In this document: positions 21,593-35,311 of the stretch, piece after piece
How the letters are laid out: each line of letters begins with the position of its first letter
Numbering within the stretch: position 1 is the first letter of the stretch
Assembly: GCF_963921235.1 (NCBI RefSeq)
Contig: NC_086100.1
Location: 177,692,001 to 177,756,000, forward strand
DNA: 64,000 nucleotides
Direction of reading: 5' to 3'
Source: Mobula hypostoma
Lineage: Eukaryota
Notes under the pieces: generated by a model
Databases searched by the model: none
What the model saw: only the letters and a program-made list of their open reading frames with translations
What the model was told of the DNA's origin: nothing
Position numbers and translations under genes: made by a program

Positions 21593-22399
21593 AATTATTT
21601 TATTGACATACTTTGGAGTCATTATACAATTCTCCAATAATTGTATGTCATTTAAACTTCCATTATTAGTATTGTACTAGCAAACTGGCATTAAAAACAG
21701 AAATTTGTTGTGGAGCGCACTAATTCTCCTCCAAACAGTAACTCATATTTAGTGCCTTTAACAACATACAGAGTATCATTGTTTGCATTTGAGCAGCAAT
21801 ACATGATAATAAAAAACAGGAATTATGTAAAGAGTGAAGACTAGCAAATAATGAATAATAGATCTTGGGAGTTGTACAGGGAACTAATCTAATTGAGAAG
21901 GTCGTAAATTGTGAGATGCTGAATGGATTCTAAAAGAGTAAACACATTAGGGACTGGTGACTTATGCAAAATAAACTTCCAAATGATACGGATTGCATTA
22001 ACTCCCAGGCACTGCACAGATGAGCGAACCATTATGCATCATTTTTCATAAATCACTATTCCTTCATGTTTACTTGTTTGTACAACCTTTGGCTCATTTT
22101 AAATTTCATCTGAATGAATTTTGACTTTGTTTCTGTTGACTGTGGACACACTGAAGCAGCAGGATTTTACTGGGAAGGCCTTAAGTGCTGAATCATGGTG
22201 TCAGGTACCTTATTGTGAAATCTGTCCCAAAAGCAGAAAGAAATAAATTGCCCATTAAAAAAAAACATGCTTTGACAACATGAAGTACTTCTAAACAAAT
22301 TACATGCTAAAACACATGACAGGTGACTAAATCAATTTGTTTACAGCAGAACTTCCATTATTCACAATCTAATCAGAATTCTAGTTAGAAGAATTATTC

Positions 22400-23612
22400 A
22401 ATTCTCATTGAAACCTATCAAATATTGAAAGGTCTAGATAGAGTGGACTTTAAGAGGATGTTTCCAATAGTAGGGGAGTTTAGGATCAGAGGGCACAGTT
22501 TCAGAATGGAAGCACATCCCTTTAGAACAGAGATGAGGAGGAATTTCTTTAGCCAGAGGGTGATAAATCTGTGGAATTCATTGTCATGGATGGCTGTAGA
22601 GACTGTCACAAACCCCGTGACGGGTTAAAGAACCAGCAGAGATGGAAAACACCTTGGAGTGTGGTATTGCTGTTAACTAATGCTATTTATTAGTAACTAC
22701 GCAATACAGTAATATAAATTTAGATAAATCAAACAGGTTAGCAATGATTTTATATATATATATATAAGTGTGGAAATATAAAAACCAACCTTCTTCAAGC
22801 CTAAGAGTAAATGGATACAGCCTTACAGCGATGAGTAAAGGGAATCAGTTCAGTTCAGTTCGTGGTATTGAGTTGAGTAGTGATGGAGAGAGAGAGAGGG
22901 GGGTGTTGTGGATGTTCGAGTAAGCTGATGCCGTCAATTCTTCTCGTAGTCTTCCAAGATCCTTCAGAAGATCACTGAATGTGACCACAACAAGGAGTCC
23001 GTTTTCTGTGGTGGAGTTATCAACCGAGGTGAGGGTTGGACACACTGATAACTTCCCACCGGTCACACCTTTTCCACACTGTGAGAGCCACTGATCGATT
23101 CTCCTGATTGATCCTCTAAAAACCCACCTTTCTGTGGGCACAACAAAGCTCATTCGGTGTCCAAAATCAAGTGTCTGTCTGTCTACCAGCTGACCTTGTA
23201 TTTATCTCAGCATGCTGAACACCAGATGTCCATCAAGTAGCTCCCCACTTCTCTCCCTGTAGGAACTCCGAAACTGGCAGTGTCCTTGCAGAAATTCCAA
23301 ACAAACTGTGAGCAGTCTTCGCCTCTCTCTCTCTCTCTTAATAACAAGGTGTTGGTGCTGTACAGCTCTCTCTCTCTCTCTCTCTCTCTTTAAAAGCACA
23401 GTTCATAAGGGATAATTCAGGATCCCGTCACAAGACTAACGTATTAGGTATATTTAAAGCAGAAGATGATGGTTCTTGATTGGTAAGGGCTTCAAAGGTT
23501 ATGGGGAGAAGACAGAAGAATGGGGTTGAGAGGGATAGTGAATCAGCCATGATGGAATGGCAAAGCAGACGGAATGGACTGAGTGGCCTAATTCTGCTCC
23601 TTTGTCTCATGA
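22400..23612 (+). mobile_element. CR1 3' end split by a solo LTR
   Basis: KGLDRVDFKRMFPIVGE...FRTEMRRNFFSQRV up to 22603; the CR1 UTR resumes at about 23437. Confidence 0.85.
22604..23432 (-). mobile_element. Solo LTR (Gypsy- or ERV-like), 829 bp
   Basis: TG...CA termini (tgtcac...gtcaca) with a 4-bp TSD agac at 22600-22603 and 23433-23436, cleanly interrupting a CR1 tail. Orientation is tentative. Confidence 0.85.
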
Positions 23613-23924
23613 TTCTCTCAGTCAGCCACACACTAAGAACAATTTAATCAATAAACCTGCCAATCTGCATGTCTTTGGGATATGGTAGAAAACCAGAGCA
23701 TGCATGCAAAATGATAGGAAAAAGATAAACTGCACACACACACCATTTCTGCTCCATACAATGCAATTAAAAAAGATCTATATATTACCATTAATGGCAC
23801 GGTGTTAATAAAGCTTAATTGCAAAGTTGAATAAGCTCTCTCTGCAAAAGTGCCAAATAGTGGCTGTACCAGCCGGGGGCGGGCGGGTGGGGGGGGGATC
23901 CAAATCGGCAATTTCTTTGTTAGT

Positions 23925-26900
23925 AACAGTCCAGTGACTCTGACATTCACCATCATGAAGTGCTTGGAGTGACTGGTCATGGCACACGTTAACTCCAGCC
24001 TTCCTGATCACCTCGACCCACTACAATTCACACTCCGCCAAAACGTATCTGTGGTAGATGCCACCTCCCTGCTCTACACTCCCATCTGGAGCATCTGGGC
24101 AGTAAAGGCATCTATGTTAGACTGCTGTTTATTGACTACAGGCTCCACTTTTAATGCAATAATTCCAAGCAAACTTATATATCGTTTTGGATACTGTTGA
24201 AGAGGCAGACCTGACAGAGGAGGACCACAGTGAATGGGACTCTGGCACTCTGCCCAGTGCCGAAATCAAGAGAGCAAGAAGAAATGCGGTAGTTATAGGA
24301 AGGGACTCCATTGTAAGGGGGACGGACAAGAGATTCTGTGAGCCGGACGAGGATACCCGGATGGTGTGTTGCCTCCCTGGTGCCGAGGTACGGGATGTCT
24401 CAGATCGAGTCCAGAGTATTCTGAGGAGAGAGGGCGAGCAGCCGGAAGTCTTGGTCCATGTTGGTACCAATGACATAGACAGAAAAAGAGAGGAGGTCCT
24501 GAAGGAAGATTACTGGGAGCTAGGAAGAAAATTGAAAAGTCGGACCTCCAGAGTAATAATATCAGGATTGCTGCCTGAGCTGTGTGCTAATGATGGTAAG
24601 AATAGCAGAATTAAGCAGATGAATGTGTGGCTAAGTAACTGGTGCAGGGGGCAGGGCTTCAAATCCTTGAATCATTGGGATCTATTTTGGGGAAGGTATG
24701 ACTTATACAAAAAAGATGGATTACTCCTGAACTCAAAAGGTACTAATATCCTGGCGGGATTGTTTAATATAGCTGTTAGGGAGAGTTTAAACTAAGTTGG
24801 CAAGGGGAAGGAAACCAAGGTGTTAGGGTCGAGGAAGAGGAAAATAGAAATAAGTCAAAAATACTGTGCAGCAAAGATGGCAAAAAGGACAGGCCGGTAA
24901 ATATACAGGATAATTTGCTGCATAATAGAAATATAGCAAAATCGGCAACAAATACTGATCTAAATGTACTGTACCTAAATGCACGCAGCATTAGAAATAA
25001 AGTGGATGACCTTGCTGCACAGCTGCAGGTTAAAAGATATGACATTGTAGCCATCACTGAGTCATGGCTAAATGATGGATGTGATTGGGAGCTGAATATC
25101 CCAGGATACACGGTGTATAGGAAAGATAGGAAGGTAGGTAAAGGGGATGGCGTGGCCCTGATGGTAAGTAATGATATCAAATCAATAGAAAGAAGGGACA
25201 TAGAATCAGAAGAGGTAGAATCCTTATGGGTAGAATTAAGAAATGGCAAGGTTAAAAAGACTCTAATAGCAGTTATATACAGGCCTCCAAACAGCAGCCG
25301 GGATGTGGACTACAAGTTGCAGCTGGAAATAGAAAAAGCATGTCAGAAGGAAAATGTCAAGATAATTATGGGGGATTTTAATATGAAAGTGGATTGGGAA
25401 AGTCAGGAAGGTAATGGATCTCAGGAGAGGGAGTTTGTAGAATGCCTACAGGATGGCTTTTTGGAGCTGCTTGTCCAGAAGCCCACCAGGGGACCGGCTG
25501 TTTTGGATTGGGTGCTGTGTAATGAACCTGAGGCGATTAGGGAGCTGGAAGTAAAGGAACCCCTTGGAAGTAGTGATCATAATATGATTGAGTTCAGTTT
25601 CAAATCTGAAAAGGAGAGGCTGGTATCAGGTGTATCGATATTTCAGTGGAACAGGGGAAATTACAGTGGTATGAGAGAGGAACTGGCCCAAGTCGATTGG
25701 AAAAGTAAACTAAATGGAGGGACAGCAGAGCAGAATTGGATGAAATTCCTACAAGAAATAAGGAAAATGCAGGAAAAATATATTCCAAGAAAAAAGAAAA
25801 TCATGAATGGAAAAATGGCACAAATGTGGCTAACGAGAGAGGTTAAGGCAAAAATAAAAGCAAAAGAAATGGCGTACAAGGAAGCAAAAATTAGTGGGAA
25901 AAATGAGGACTGGAAGACTTTTAAAAACTTACAGAAGGAAACTAAGAAAGTCATTAGGAAAGAAAAGATGAATTATGAAAGGAAGTTGGCGATTAACATA
26001 AAAAAGGATACTAAGAGTTTTTTTAAATATATGAAGAGTAAAAGAGTGACAAGGGTAGATACGGGACTGATTGAAAATGATGCTGGAGAAATTATAATGG
26101 ATAACAAAGAGATGGCGGAGGAACTGAGTGAGTATTTTGCATCAGTCTTCACAGTAGAAGACATGAGCAATATACCTGATAGCCAGAGGTATTGGGGAAT
26201 AGAATTAGGTACAGTCAAGATTACTAGAGAGAAAGTGCTTGGGAAGCAAAGTGTACTAAGAATAGATAAGTCTCCCGGTCCGGATGAGGTGCACCCAAGG
26301 GTCTGACGGAGGTGGCTTTGGAGATTGTGGAAGCATTGGAAATGATTTTCCAGGAATCAATAGACTCTGGAATGGTTCCGGAGGACTGGAAGGTTGCAAA
26401 TGTAGTTCTGCTATTTAAGAAAGGAAGGAGGCAGCAAAAAGAAAATTACAGACCTGTTAGTCTGACATCGGTAGTTGGAAAGATATTGGAGTCAATCCTC
26501 AAGGACAGGGTTATGAAATACCTCGAGGTGCATAACAAGATAGGCCGAAGCCAGCATGGTTTCATGAAGGGAAGATCCTGCCTCACCAACCTATTGGAAT
26601 TTTTTGAGGTAATCTCGAATAGGATTGACAAGGGAGAGGCTGTGGATGTTGTGTATTTGGATTTTCAAAAGGCCTTTGATAAGGTGCCGCATATGAGGCT
26701 GCTTAATAAGATGAGAGCCCATGGAATTACAGGAAAGATATTGAAATAGGTGGAGCATTGGCTGATAGGCAGAAAGCAAAGGGTGGGAATAAAGGGATCC
26801 TATTCTGATTGGTTGCCGGTTACTAGTGGTGCTCTGTAGGGATCGGTGTTGGGGCCGCTTCTTTTTACGATGTATATCCATGATTTGGATTATGGATTAA

Positions 26901-28800
26901 ATGGTTTTGTGGCTCAGTTTGCGGATGACACCAAGATAGGTGGAGGAGCAGGAAATGTTGAAGAAACGGAAAGGTTGCAGAGAGACTTAGTCAGTTTAGG
27001 AGAGTGGGCAAAGAAATGGCAGATGAGATACAACGTTGACAAATGTACGGTTGTACGTTTCGGAAGAAGAAATAATCGGGCAGATTATTGTTTAGATGGG
27101 GAGAAAATTCAAAAATCGGAAGTGCAAAGAGACTTGGGTCCTTGTGCAGGATACCCTAAAGGTTAACCACCAGGTTGGATCGGCAGTAAGGAAAGCGAAT
27201 GCTATGTTGGCATCCATTTCAAGAGGAATAGTGTATAAGAGTAAGGAGGTGTTGATGAGGCTCTATGGGGCATTAGTGAGACCTCATTTAGAATACTGTG
27301 TGCAGTTTTGGGCCCGCATCTTAGAAAGGATGTACTGATGTTGGAGAGAGTTCAGAGAAGATTTACGAGGATGATTCCTGGAATGCAGGGGCTAACATAT
27401 GAGGAGCATTTGTTGGCTCTTGGACTGTACTCATTAGAGTATAGAAGAATGAGAGGGGATCTCATAGAAACATTTCGAATGTTGAAAGGGTTGGACAGAG
27501 TAGATGTGGAAAGGTTGTTTCCCTTGGTGGGTGAGTCCAGGACAAGAGGCCATAGTCTTAGAATTAGAGGGTACCCAGTTAAAACAGAGATGAGGAGAAA
27601 TTTTTTTAGCCAGAGGGTCGTGGATTTGTGGAATTCGTTGCCACATACAGCTGTGGAGGCCCGATCATTGAGGGTGTTTAAGGAGGAGATTGATAGGTAT
27701 CTAATTAGTCAGGGTATCAAGTGATATGGGGAAAAAGCCAGAAATTGGAACTAGATGGGTGAATAGTTTAGCTCATGGGGGAGCTGCGGAGCAGACTCGA
27801 TGGGCCGAATAGCCTACTTCTGCTCCTTTGTCTTGTGATCTTGTGAAACTCATCACCAATCTCTAGACTCCAGAAGTCAAGGACCCCCATCTGCAAATGC
27901 ATCTTTGATTTCCTGACCAACAGACTGCAGTCAGTAAGAAAGGCAGCAATGACTCTGCCATGATTATTCCCAACATGGGTCCCCCAGAGGGTTGCATTTT
28001 CAGCCCCCTAATCTGCTCCTGGCAAATTCTGCTCTAACTCCATAGCGGGTCATATCTCAAATAATGATGAGTTGGAGTACAGGAAGGAGGTAGAAAGCTT
28101 AGTAACATGGTGTCATGACAACAATCTTTAGCCCAATCAGAGCAAAGCAAAAGAGTTGGTCATTGACTTCAGGAAGGGGTTAGTGCACATGCTCCTGTCT
28201 ACATCAACAGTCTTGTGATTGAAAGCTTCAAGTTCCTAGGAGTGAACTTCACCAATGGCCTGTCCTGATCCAACCATGTGGATGCCATGGCCAAGAAAGC
28301 TCACCAATGAGCACTATTTCCTCAAGGCACAAAAGAAATTTGGAAGGTCGCCTTTGACCCACACCAACTTTTAGAGACGCATCACAGCTTGGTATGGCAA
28401 CTGCTCTACATGTGACCGCAAGTAACTGCAAAGCTGCAGACACAGCTCAGCACATCCCGGAAACCAGCCTCCTCCCCTCATGGACTCTATCTACACTTCT
28501 CGCTTCCTCAGTAAAGGAGCCAACATAATCACAGACCACACCCACCCCAGACATCCTCCCTTCTCTGCCCGTCCCATTGGGTAGAAGATACAGAAACCTG
28601 AATGTATGTACTACCAAGCTCAAAGACAGTTTCTGCCCTGCTGTTAGAAAGCTATTGAATGGACCTTTAGTACGTTAAAATGGATTCTTGACCTCATAAT
28701 CTACTCCTTATGACTTTGTACCTTATCGTCCACCTGCACGGCACTTTCTCTGTAGCTCTTACACTTTATTCTGCATTCTGTTACTATATTGCTTTACCTT
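23925..28800 (+). mobile_element. Degenerate Rex1/Babar-type LINE split by the CR1 at 24176-27845
   Basis: MKCLE.LVMAHVNSSLPDHLDPLQF and STFNAIIPSKL lie before the insertion; RT and 3' sequence resume at 27846. Confidence 0.8.
24176..27845 (+). mobile_element. Near-full-length CR1 LINE (SGNH-esterase ORF1 C-terminus, APE-RT ORF2), inactivated
   Basis: ORF1 24187-24795 (DSIVRG, HVGTND, DGLxLN). ORF2 from about 24915 with APE motifs (LNARS, ITESW, YRPP, GDFN, SDH) and RT motifs (NYRPVSL, YLDFQKAFDKVPH, QFADDTKIGG). Terminal (tcttgtga)x2; flanking aaact at 24171-24175 and 27846-27850. Stops at about 26304, 26747 and 26837, and a frameshift near 27140. Confidence 0.95.
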
Positions 28801-28823
28801 TGTTTGAGCTCAGTGCTCCATTA

Positions 28824-29612
28824 CAGGTGTTCTCCGCTTTTCGAACGTTCGCTTTACGACACCTCGCTGTTACGAAAGACCTACATTAGTTACCTGTTTT
28901 CGCTAACAGAAAGTGTTTTCACTGTTACGAAAAAAAATTGCCGATTGCGTCGCCTCCGATCTGGGTCGACATTTACGTGCCGGGCGGCAGCTAATTAATT
29001 AGCTTGCTTATTTCGGCTTTTTTCTTAAAGATGTGCTGGGTGCGTCCCAGCTATCGCTGCACCACTGCATGCTTTGCGGCAATGTATCAGTCCACAGCCC
29101 GGAGGTTGGGGACCACTGCACCACCCCAGCCTCTGACGACTCAGCCTAACACACTATCACCAGTGTGCTCGGCGCTGTCTTTCTGATTCCGGTAAGTGAT
29201 ACTACACTGTACATACATTATTTCTACTTTATATAGGCTGTGTATATTTATGTGCTATTTGGTATGATTTGGCAGCTTCATAGCTTAAAGGTTACTGGAG
29301 AGAGTGTTTCTGCCAAGAGCGCTTGCGTGAGATTTTCACTACGGTGGACAGTGCGGCAATGATTGTGGAAAAGTATTTCTACTTTATATAGGCTGTGTAT
29401 TTATCATATCATTCCTGCTTTTACTATATGTTACTGTTATTTTAGGTTTTATATGTTATTTGGCAGGATTTGGTAGGTTATTTTTTGGGTCTGCAAACGC
29501 TCACAAATTTTTCCCATATAAATAAATGGTAATTGCTTCTTCGCTTTACGACATTCCGGCTTACGAACCGTTTCATAGGAACGCTGTACCTTCGGATGGT
29601 GGGGGAAACCTG
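28824..29612. mobile_element. Tigger/pogo-like non-autonomous DNA transposon
   Basis: TA|caggtgttctccgc ... ggtgggggaaacctg with imperfect TIR; CpG-rich; internal direct repeat tatttctactttatataggctgtgtat at about 29219 and 29374. It interrupts the Rex tail. Confidence 0.65.
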
Positions 29613-29831
29613 GATAATGAATCAGCCCGTTTGGACAGTTTGCAAGAACACTGCAGATGGAACAATAAGCAATGTACCTATTTTTATTGTTTTAATTTCT
29701 AGTGTCTTGGCTCGGCAGTTAAATGTGGTAGTTCTTATAACACATTAACTAAAAAATCTTCATTTTTATAAAATTTCAAATACTCATTGGAGGTTATGGA
29801 CATTAACCACTGTAAATCCAGATAACTCCGG

Positions 29832-30570
29832 AAACCAACTGGCGGGAGTATTCAAGAATATTTTCAACTTTTCACTGCTACGGGTGGAAGTTCCCACTTG
29901 CTTCAAAAAGGCAACAATTATACCAGTTCCTATGAAGAATAATGTGAGCTGCCTTAATGACTATCGCCCGGTAGCACTCACATCTACAGTGATGAAATGC
30001 TTTGAGAGGTTGGTAACACTCAAAAACTTCTATATATGTACCTTGGAGAGCATTCTGACAGGCTGCATCACTGTCTGGTATGGTGGGGGTGGGGGAGCTA
30101 CTGCACAGGACCGAAAAAAGCTACAGAGGGTTGTAAAATTAGTCAGCTCTATCTTGGGTACTAGCCTCTGTTCTACTCAAGACATCCTTAGGGAGCGGTG
30201 TCTCAGAAAGACAGCATCCATTATTAAGGACCTCCAGCACCCAGGGCATGCCCTTTTCTCACTGCTACCATCAGGTAGGAGATACAGAAGCCTGAAGACA
30301 CACACTCAGTGATCAGGAACAGCTCCATCCCCTTGACCATCAGATTCCTAAATGAACATTGAACCCTTGGACACTACCTCACTTTTTAATATATACTATT
30401 TCTGTTTTTGCACCATTTTAATCTATTCAATATACGTATACTGTAATTGATTTACTTATTTATTACTATTATTATTATTGTTCTAGTTTATGTATTGCAC
30501 GGAACTGCTGCTGCTAAGTTAACAAATTTCACGACACATGCCGGTGATAATAAACCTGATTCTGATTCTG
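29832..30570 (+). mobile_element. Internally deleted Rex1/Babar LINE
   Basis: [21 protein letters not shown] is fused directly to [23 protein letters not shown]; most of the RT is missing relative to 31190-33110. (tgattc)n tail. Confidence 0.9.
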
Positions 30571-30637
30571 AAATGAAACAGCCCAAGTTTTTTGCGATCT
30601 CCGGGAAGTTTTCTTTTGCCTGATATACTTATAGAAA

Positions 30638-30651
30638 CCAGCAGAGGGAGC
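30638..30651 (+). promoter_or_regulatory. CTCF-like motif
   Basis: CCAGCAGAGGGAGC closely matches the CCASYAGRKGGCRS consensus and lies in non-repeat sequence. Motif match only. Confidence 0.35.
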
Positions 30652-31189
30652 CACAACGCGCATTATAACAAAATTTGCTGTAACTTTTCCCATTGCGTGA
30701 ACATCATTTCCTTCCTGTTCCTGTATTAACTGGCAGATCTGTCTGTAATCAACCCTGCTCTTCCTGTGGTGATTAAAAACTAAGCACACACGGGATAAGG
30801 TTCAACAAATCTAAACCTGTTTACCACAAAGCAGAGAAGATTCTTCTTTTGACGGAATAGGAGAAACTTTTTCCACTGACAGAAACATAACCAGATACAG
30901 TACACGGTAGTCACAAAAGGAAGCAAAAGGGAGATAAGAGAATCTTTTTCATACCAAACTGAAATACTTGCCTGTAAGGATGGAGGAGGTGTTGCAGAAT
31001 TGTGATGAGGAAGCACAGTTGCGCAGCAATTAATGCTGTTAACTTGTGGCTCCAGGGAATTAGAATCATAGTCAGAGAACACTACAGCACAGAAACAGGC
31101 CCTTCAGCCCATCTAGTCTGTAACAAACTATTAATCAGCCTAGTACCATTGACCTGGACCTGGACAACAACTCTGGCAGAGTTTGCAAG

Positions 31190-33450
31190 AAATTACTCCT
31201 ACAAAGCGAAACCCAATAGCATGAATGGCAGCAATGCTTCACTACCAGATGAACTCAATGCCTTTTATGCCCGCTTTGAAAGGGAGAATATAACTACAGC
31301 CGTGAAGATCCCTGCTGCACCCGGTGACCCTGTGATCTCCGTCTCAGAGGCTGATGTTAGGCTGTCTTTAAAGAGAGTGAACTGTCGCAAGGTGGAAGGT
31401 CCCGATGGAGTACCTGGTAAGGCTCTGAAAACCTGTGCCAGCCAATTGGCGGGAGTATTCAAGGACATTTTCAACCTTTCACTGCTACGGGTGGAAGTTC
31501 CCACTTGCTTCAAAAAGGCAACAATTATACCAGTGCCTCAGAAGAATAATGTGAGCTGCCTTAATGACTATCACATGGTAGCACTCACATCTAAGGTGAT
31601 GAAATGCTTTGAGAAGTTGGTCATGACTAGACTGAACTCCTGCAATAGCAAGGACCTGGACCCATTGCAATTTGCCTATCGTCACAATAGATCGATGGCA
31701 GATGCAATCTCAATGGCCTTCACATGGCTTTAATCCACCTGGACAACACAAACACCCATGTCAGGATGCTGTTCATCGACTATAGCTCAGCATTTAACAC
31801 CATCATTCCCACAATCCAGATTGAGAAGTTGCAGAACCTGGACCTCTGTACCACCCTCTGCAATTGCATCCTTGACTTCCTAACTGTGAAACCACAATCT
31901 GTGCGGATTGGTGATAACATCTCCTCAATAACGTTCAACACTGGTGCACCTCAGGGGTGTGTGCTTAGCCCACCGCTCTACTCTCTCTATACTCATGACT
32001 GCGTGGCTAGGCATAGCTCAAATACCATCTATAAATTTGCTGATGATATTCCCATTGTTGGTAGAATCTCATATGGAGATGAGAGGGCGTACAGGAACGA
32101 GATATATCAACTAGTGGAGTGGTGTCACAGCAACAACCTTCCAGTCAAAGTCAGTAAGATGAAAGAGCTGATTGTGGGCTTCAGGAAGGGTAAGACGAAG
32201 GAACACATACCAATCCTCAGAGAGAGATTAGAAGTGGAGAGAGTGAGCAGCTTCAAGTTCCTGGGTGTCAAGATCTCTGAGGACCTAACCTGGTCCCAAC
32301 ATATCGATGCAGTTATAAAGAAGGCAAGACAGTGACTATACTTCATTAGAAGTTTGAAGACATTTGGTTTGTCACCTAAAACACTCAAAAACTTCTCTAG
32401 ATGTACTATAGAGAGCTTTCTGACAGGCTGCATCACTGTCTGGTTCGGCGGGGGGGGGGGGGGGCGGCGGTGGTAGGACCGAAAGAAGCTACAGAAAGTT
32501 GTAAAATTAGTCAGCTCCATTTGGGTACTAGCCTCTGTTGTACCCGAGACATCTTCAAGGAGCAGTGCCTCAGAAAGGTATTGTCCATTATTAAGGCCCC
32601 CCATCACCCAGGGCATGCCCTCTTCTCAAGTAGTGGAGGCTACCTCAGTAAATATATTTAAGAGAAAGTTGGATAGATTTTTGCATAATAGGGGAATTAA
32701 GGGTTATGGGGAAAAGGCAGGTAGGTGGAGGTGAGTTCATGGCCAGATCAGCCATGATCTTATTGAATGGTGGAGCAGGCTCGATGGGCCAGATGGCCGA
32801 CTCCTGCTCCTATTTCTTATGTTCTTATATTCTTACCATCAGCAAGGAGGTACAGGAGCCTGAAGGCACACATTCAGCGATTTAGGAACAGCTTCTTCCC
32901 CTCTGCCGTATGATTCCTAAATGGACATTGAACCCTTGGACACTACCTCACTTTTTTTTATATATGGTATTTCTGTTTTGCACTATTTCTAATCTATTAT
33001 ATATATATGTATTTACTTGTAATTGATAGATTTTTCCACATTATCATGTATTGCATTGAAGTGCTGCTGCTAGGTGAACAAATTTCACGACATGCTGGTG
33101 ATAATAAAGTAGTTTCTTACTTTTATGTACTGGGTGGGCACAGGAGTACATTCAGCCAGAGACTCATTCCACTGAGATGCAGCACGGAGCGTCATAGGAA
33201 GTCATTCCTGCCTGTGGCCATCAAACTTTACAACTCCTCCCTTGGAGGGTCAGACACCCTGAGCCAATAGGCTGGTCCTGGACTTATTTCATTACTTACT
33301 GGCATAATTTACATATTACTATTTAACTATTATGGTTCTATTACTATTTATTATTTATGGTGCAACTGTAACGAAAACCAATTTCTCCTGGGGTCAATAA
33401 AGTATGACTATGACTATAACTATGACTATGACTAAACCTGATTCTGATTC
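31190..33450 (+). mobile_element. 5'-truncated Rex1/Babar LINE with nested CR1 tail (about 32630-32832) and Rex1 tail (about 33125-33435)
   Basis: [49 protein letters not shown] and KFADD across ORFs 31002-31733 and 31724-32335. The nested piece encodes RCSTERHRKSFLPVAIKLYN and ends in (atgact)n. Confidence 0.92.
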
Positions 33451-33454
33451 TGAT

Positions 33455-34500
33455 CATGGCCCTCCATATCCCTCTCATCTAAATTTCTGTCAGTCATTGA
33501 AATCAAACCCGCATCCACCACTTCCGCCGTCAGCTTGTTCCACACTCTCACCATCCTCTGAGTGAAGAATTTCCCCCTCAAATTCCCTTAAATATTTCAC
33601 CTTTCACCCTTACCCATGACCTCTAGTTCTAATCTCACCCAAACTCAATGGAAAAAGCCTGCTTGAATTGACCCTATCTATACCCTTTGTAATCTTATAT
33701 ACCTCTGTCAAATCTTCCCTCAGTCTTCTACCTTCCAGGGAATAAATTACTAATCTATTCAGCCTTTCCCTATAACTCAGGTCCCCATGTCCTGGCAGTA
33801 TCCTTGCAAATTTTCTCTGCACTCTTTCCAGCTTATTGACATCTTTCCTGTAGGTACATGACCAAAACTGGACTCAATGCTCCAAATTGGGCCTCACCAC
33901 CGTCTTATACAACTTTATCATAACTTCCCAACTCCTGTACTCAATACATTAGTTTACGAAGCCCAATGTGCTAAGAGCTTTCTTTACAACCCCATCTACC
34001 TGTGACACCACTTTCAAGGAATTATGGATCTGTATTCCCTCTGTTCTACCGCACTTCTCAGTGTCCTACCGTTCATCATGTAAGCCTTACTCTAGTTTGT
34101 CCTCTCAAGGTGTAACACCTCGCCCTCGTCTGCATTAAATTCCATCTGCCATTTTTCAGGCCATTTTCCCAGCTGGTCCAGATCTCACTGCAAGCCATGA
34201 TAGACTTCCTCACTGTCCACTACACCCCCAATCTTGGTGTCATCCACAAATTTGCTGATCCAGTTGACCACATTATCGTCCAGATTGTTGATATAGATGG
34301 CAAACAACAATGCACCCAGCTCCGATCCCTGCGGCACACCACTGTGGCCTCCATTCAGAAAGGCAACCATCTCTGGCTTCTCCCGCGAAGCCAACGTCTA
34401 ATCTAATTTACTACCTCATCCTGCATGCCAAGCGACTGAACCTTCCTGACCAACCTCCCATGCAGGACTTTGTCAAAGGCCTCGCTAAAGTCCACATGGT
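33455..34500 (-). mobile_element. CR1 RT / 3' fragment
   Basis: SGVPQGSELGALLFAIYINNLD..WISKFVDDTKIGG (34185-34394) and RRLREDLTEVYKI (33610-33822). Confidence 0.9.
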
Positions 34501-35311
34501 TTGGTTCGATCCTGGTCTTTGTTTGCTGCCTGTGTGAAGTTTACACATCCCATAATATGCTGAAGGAAGAGATGGGAATCTAAACCAAAAAATAAACTGC
34601 TGGAGGAACTCATGGATTTGAGTAATCCCATGGCGGGGGGCGGGGGCTATCAAAAACACACCCGGTATCAGTAATGTTCTAAAGCTGCTCAGTCTCCCCA
34701 GCAGTTTGTTTGTTGTCCCATGATGTGCCGGTAGGTTCGTGTGGCCACTGTAAATTACTGCTGAGTGTACACCATTGACAAAATAAGCAATTGAAAGGCA
34801 TATATGAGAGAGATGGGGTACATGTAGGGGTACAGGGAAATGAGGAGAGGGGAAAAGGATTAGTAGATTTCTTCCCTTGGAGACATTGCAGACCCAATGG
34901 GCCAAATAGCCTTTTCTGTGTTGATCAAGTAAATTTCAAAGTCAAAGTAAATTTATTATCAAAGTTTCAGTTTCTTGCAGGCATTTACAGTAGAACAAAT
35001 ATACAATAGAATCAATGAAAGAAGTACACACACAAACTGACAACCAATGTGCGAAAGAAGACAAACTACAAATACAAAAAAAAAGGAATAAGTAAGTAAA
35101 TAAATAAAACTGAGAACATCAATTGTAGAGTCCTTCAAATAAAGTCCATAGGTTGCGGAATCAGTTCACAGTTCAGGTGGGTGAAGTTATCCACACTGGT
35201 TCAGGAGCCTGATGGTTAAAGGGCAGGAAGTACAAGAATTGAAGACTAAAAGCTTACACTTACAACCCAGGAGACTGTGCAGGTGCTGGAAACCCTGAGC
35301 AATCCACCGAA

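Noticed and set aside
24915-26306. 463-aa ORF as a host endonuclease gene or an active LINE
   Set aside because: It is the APE part of CR1 ORF2, ending at a premature stop, with further stops and a frameshift downstream.
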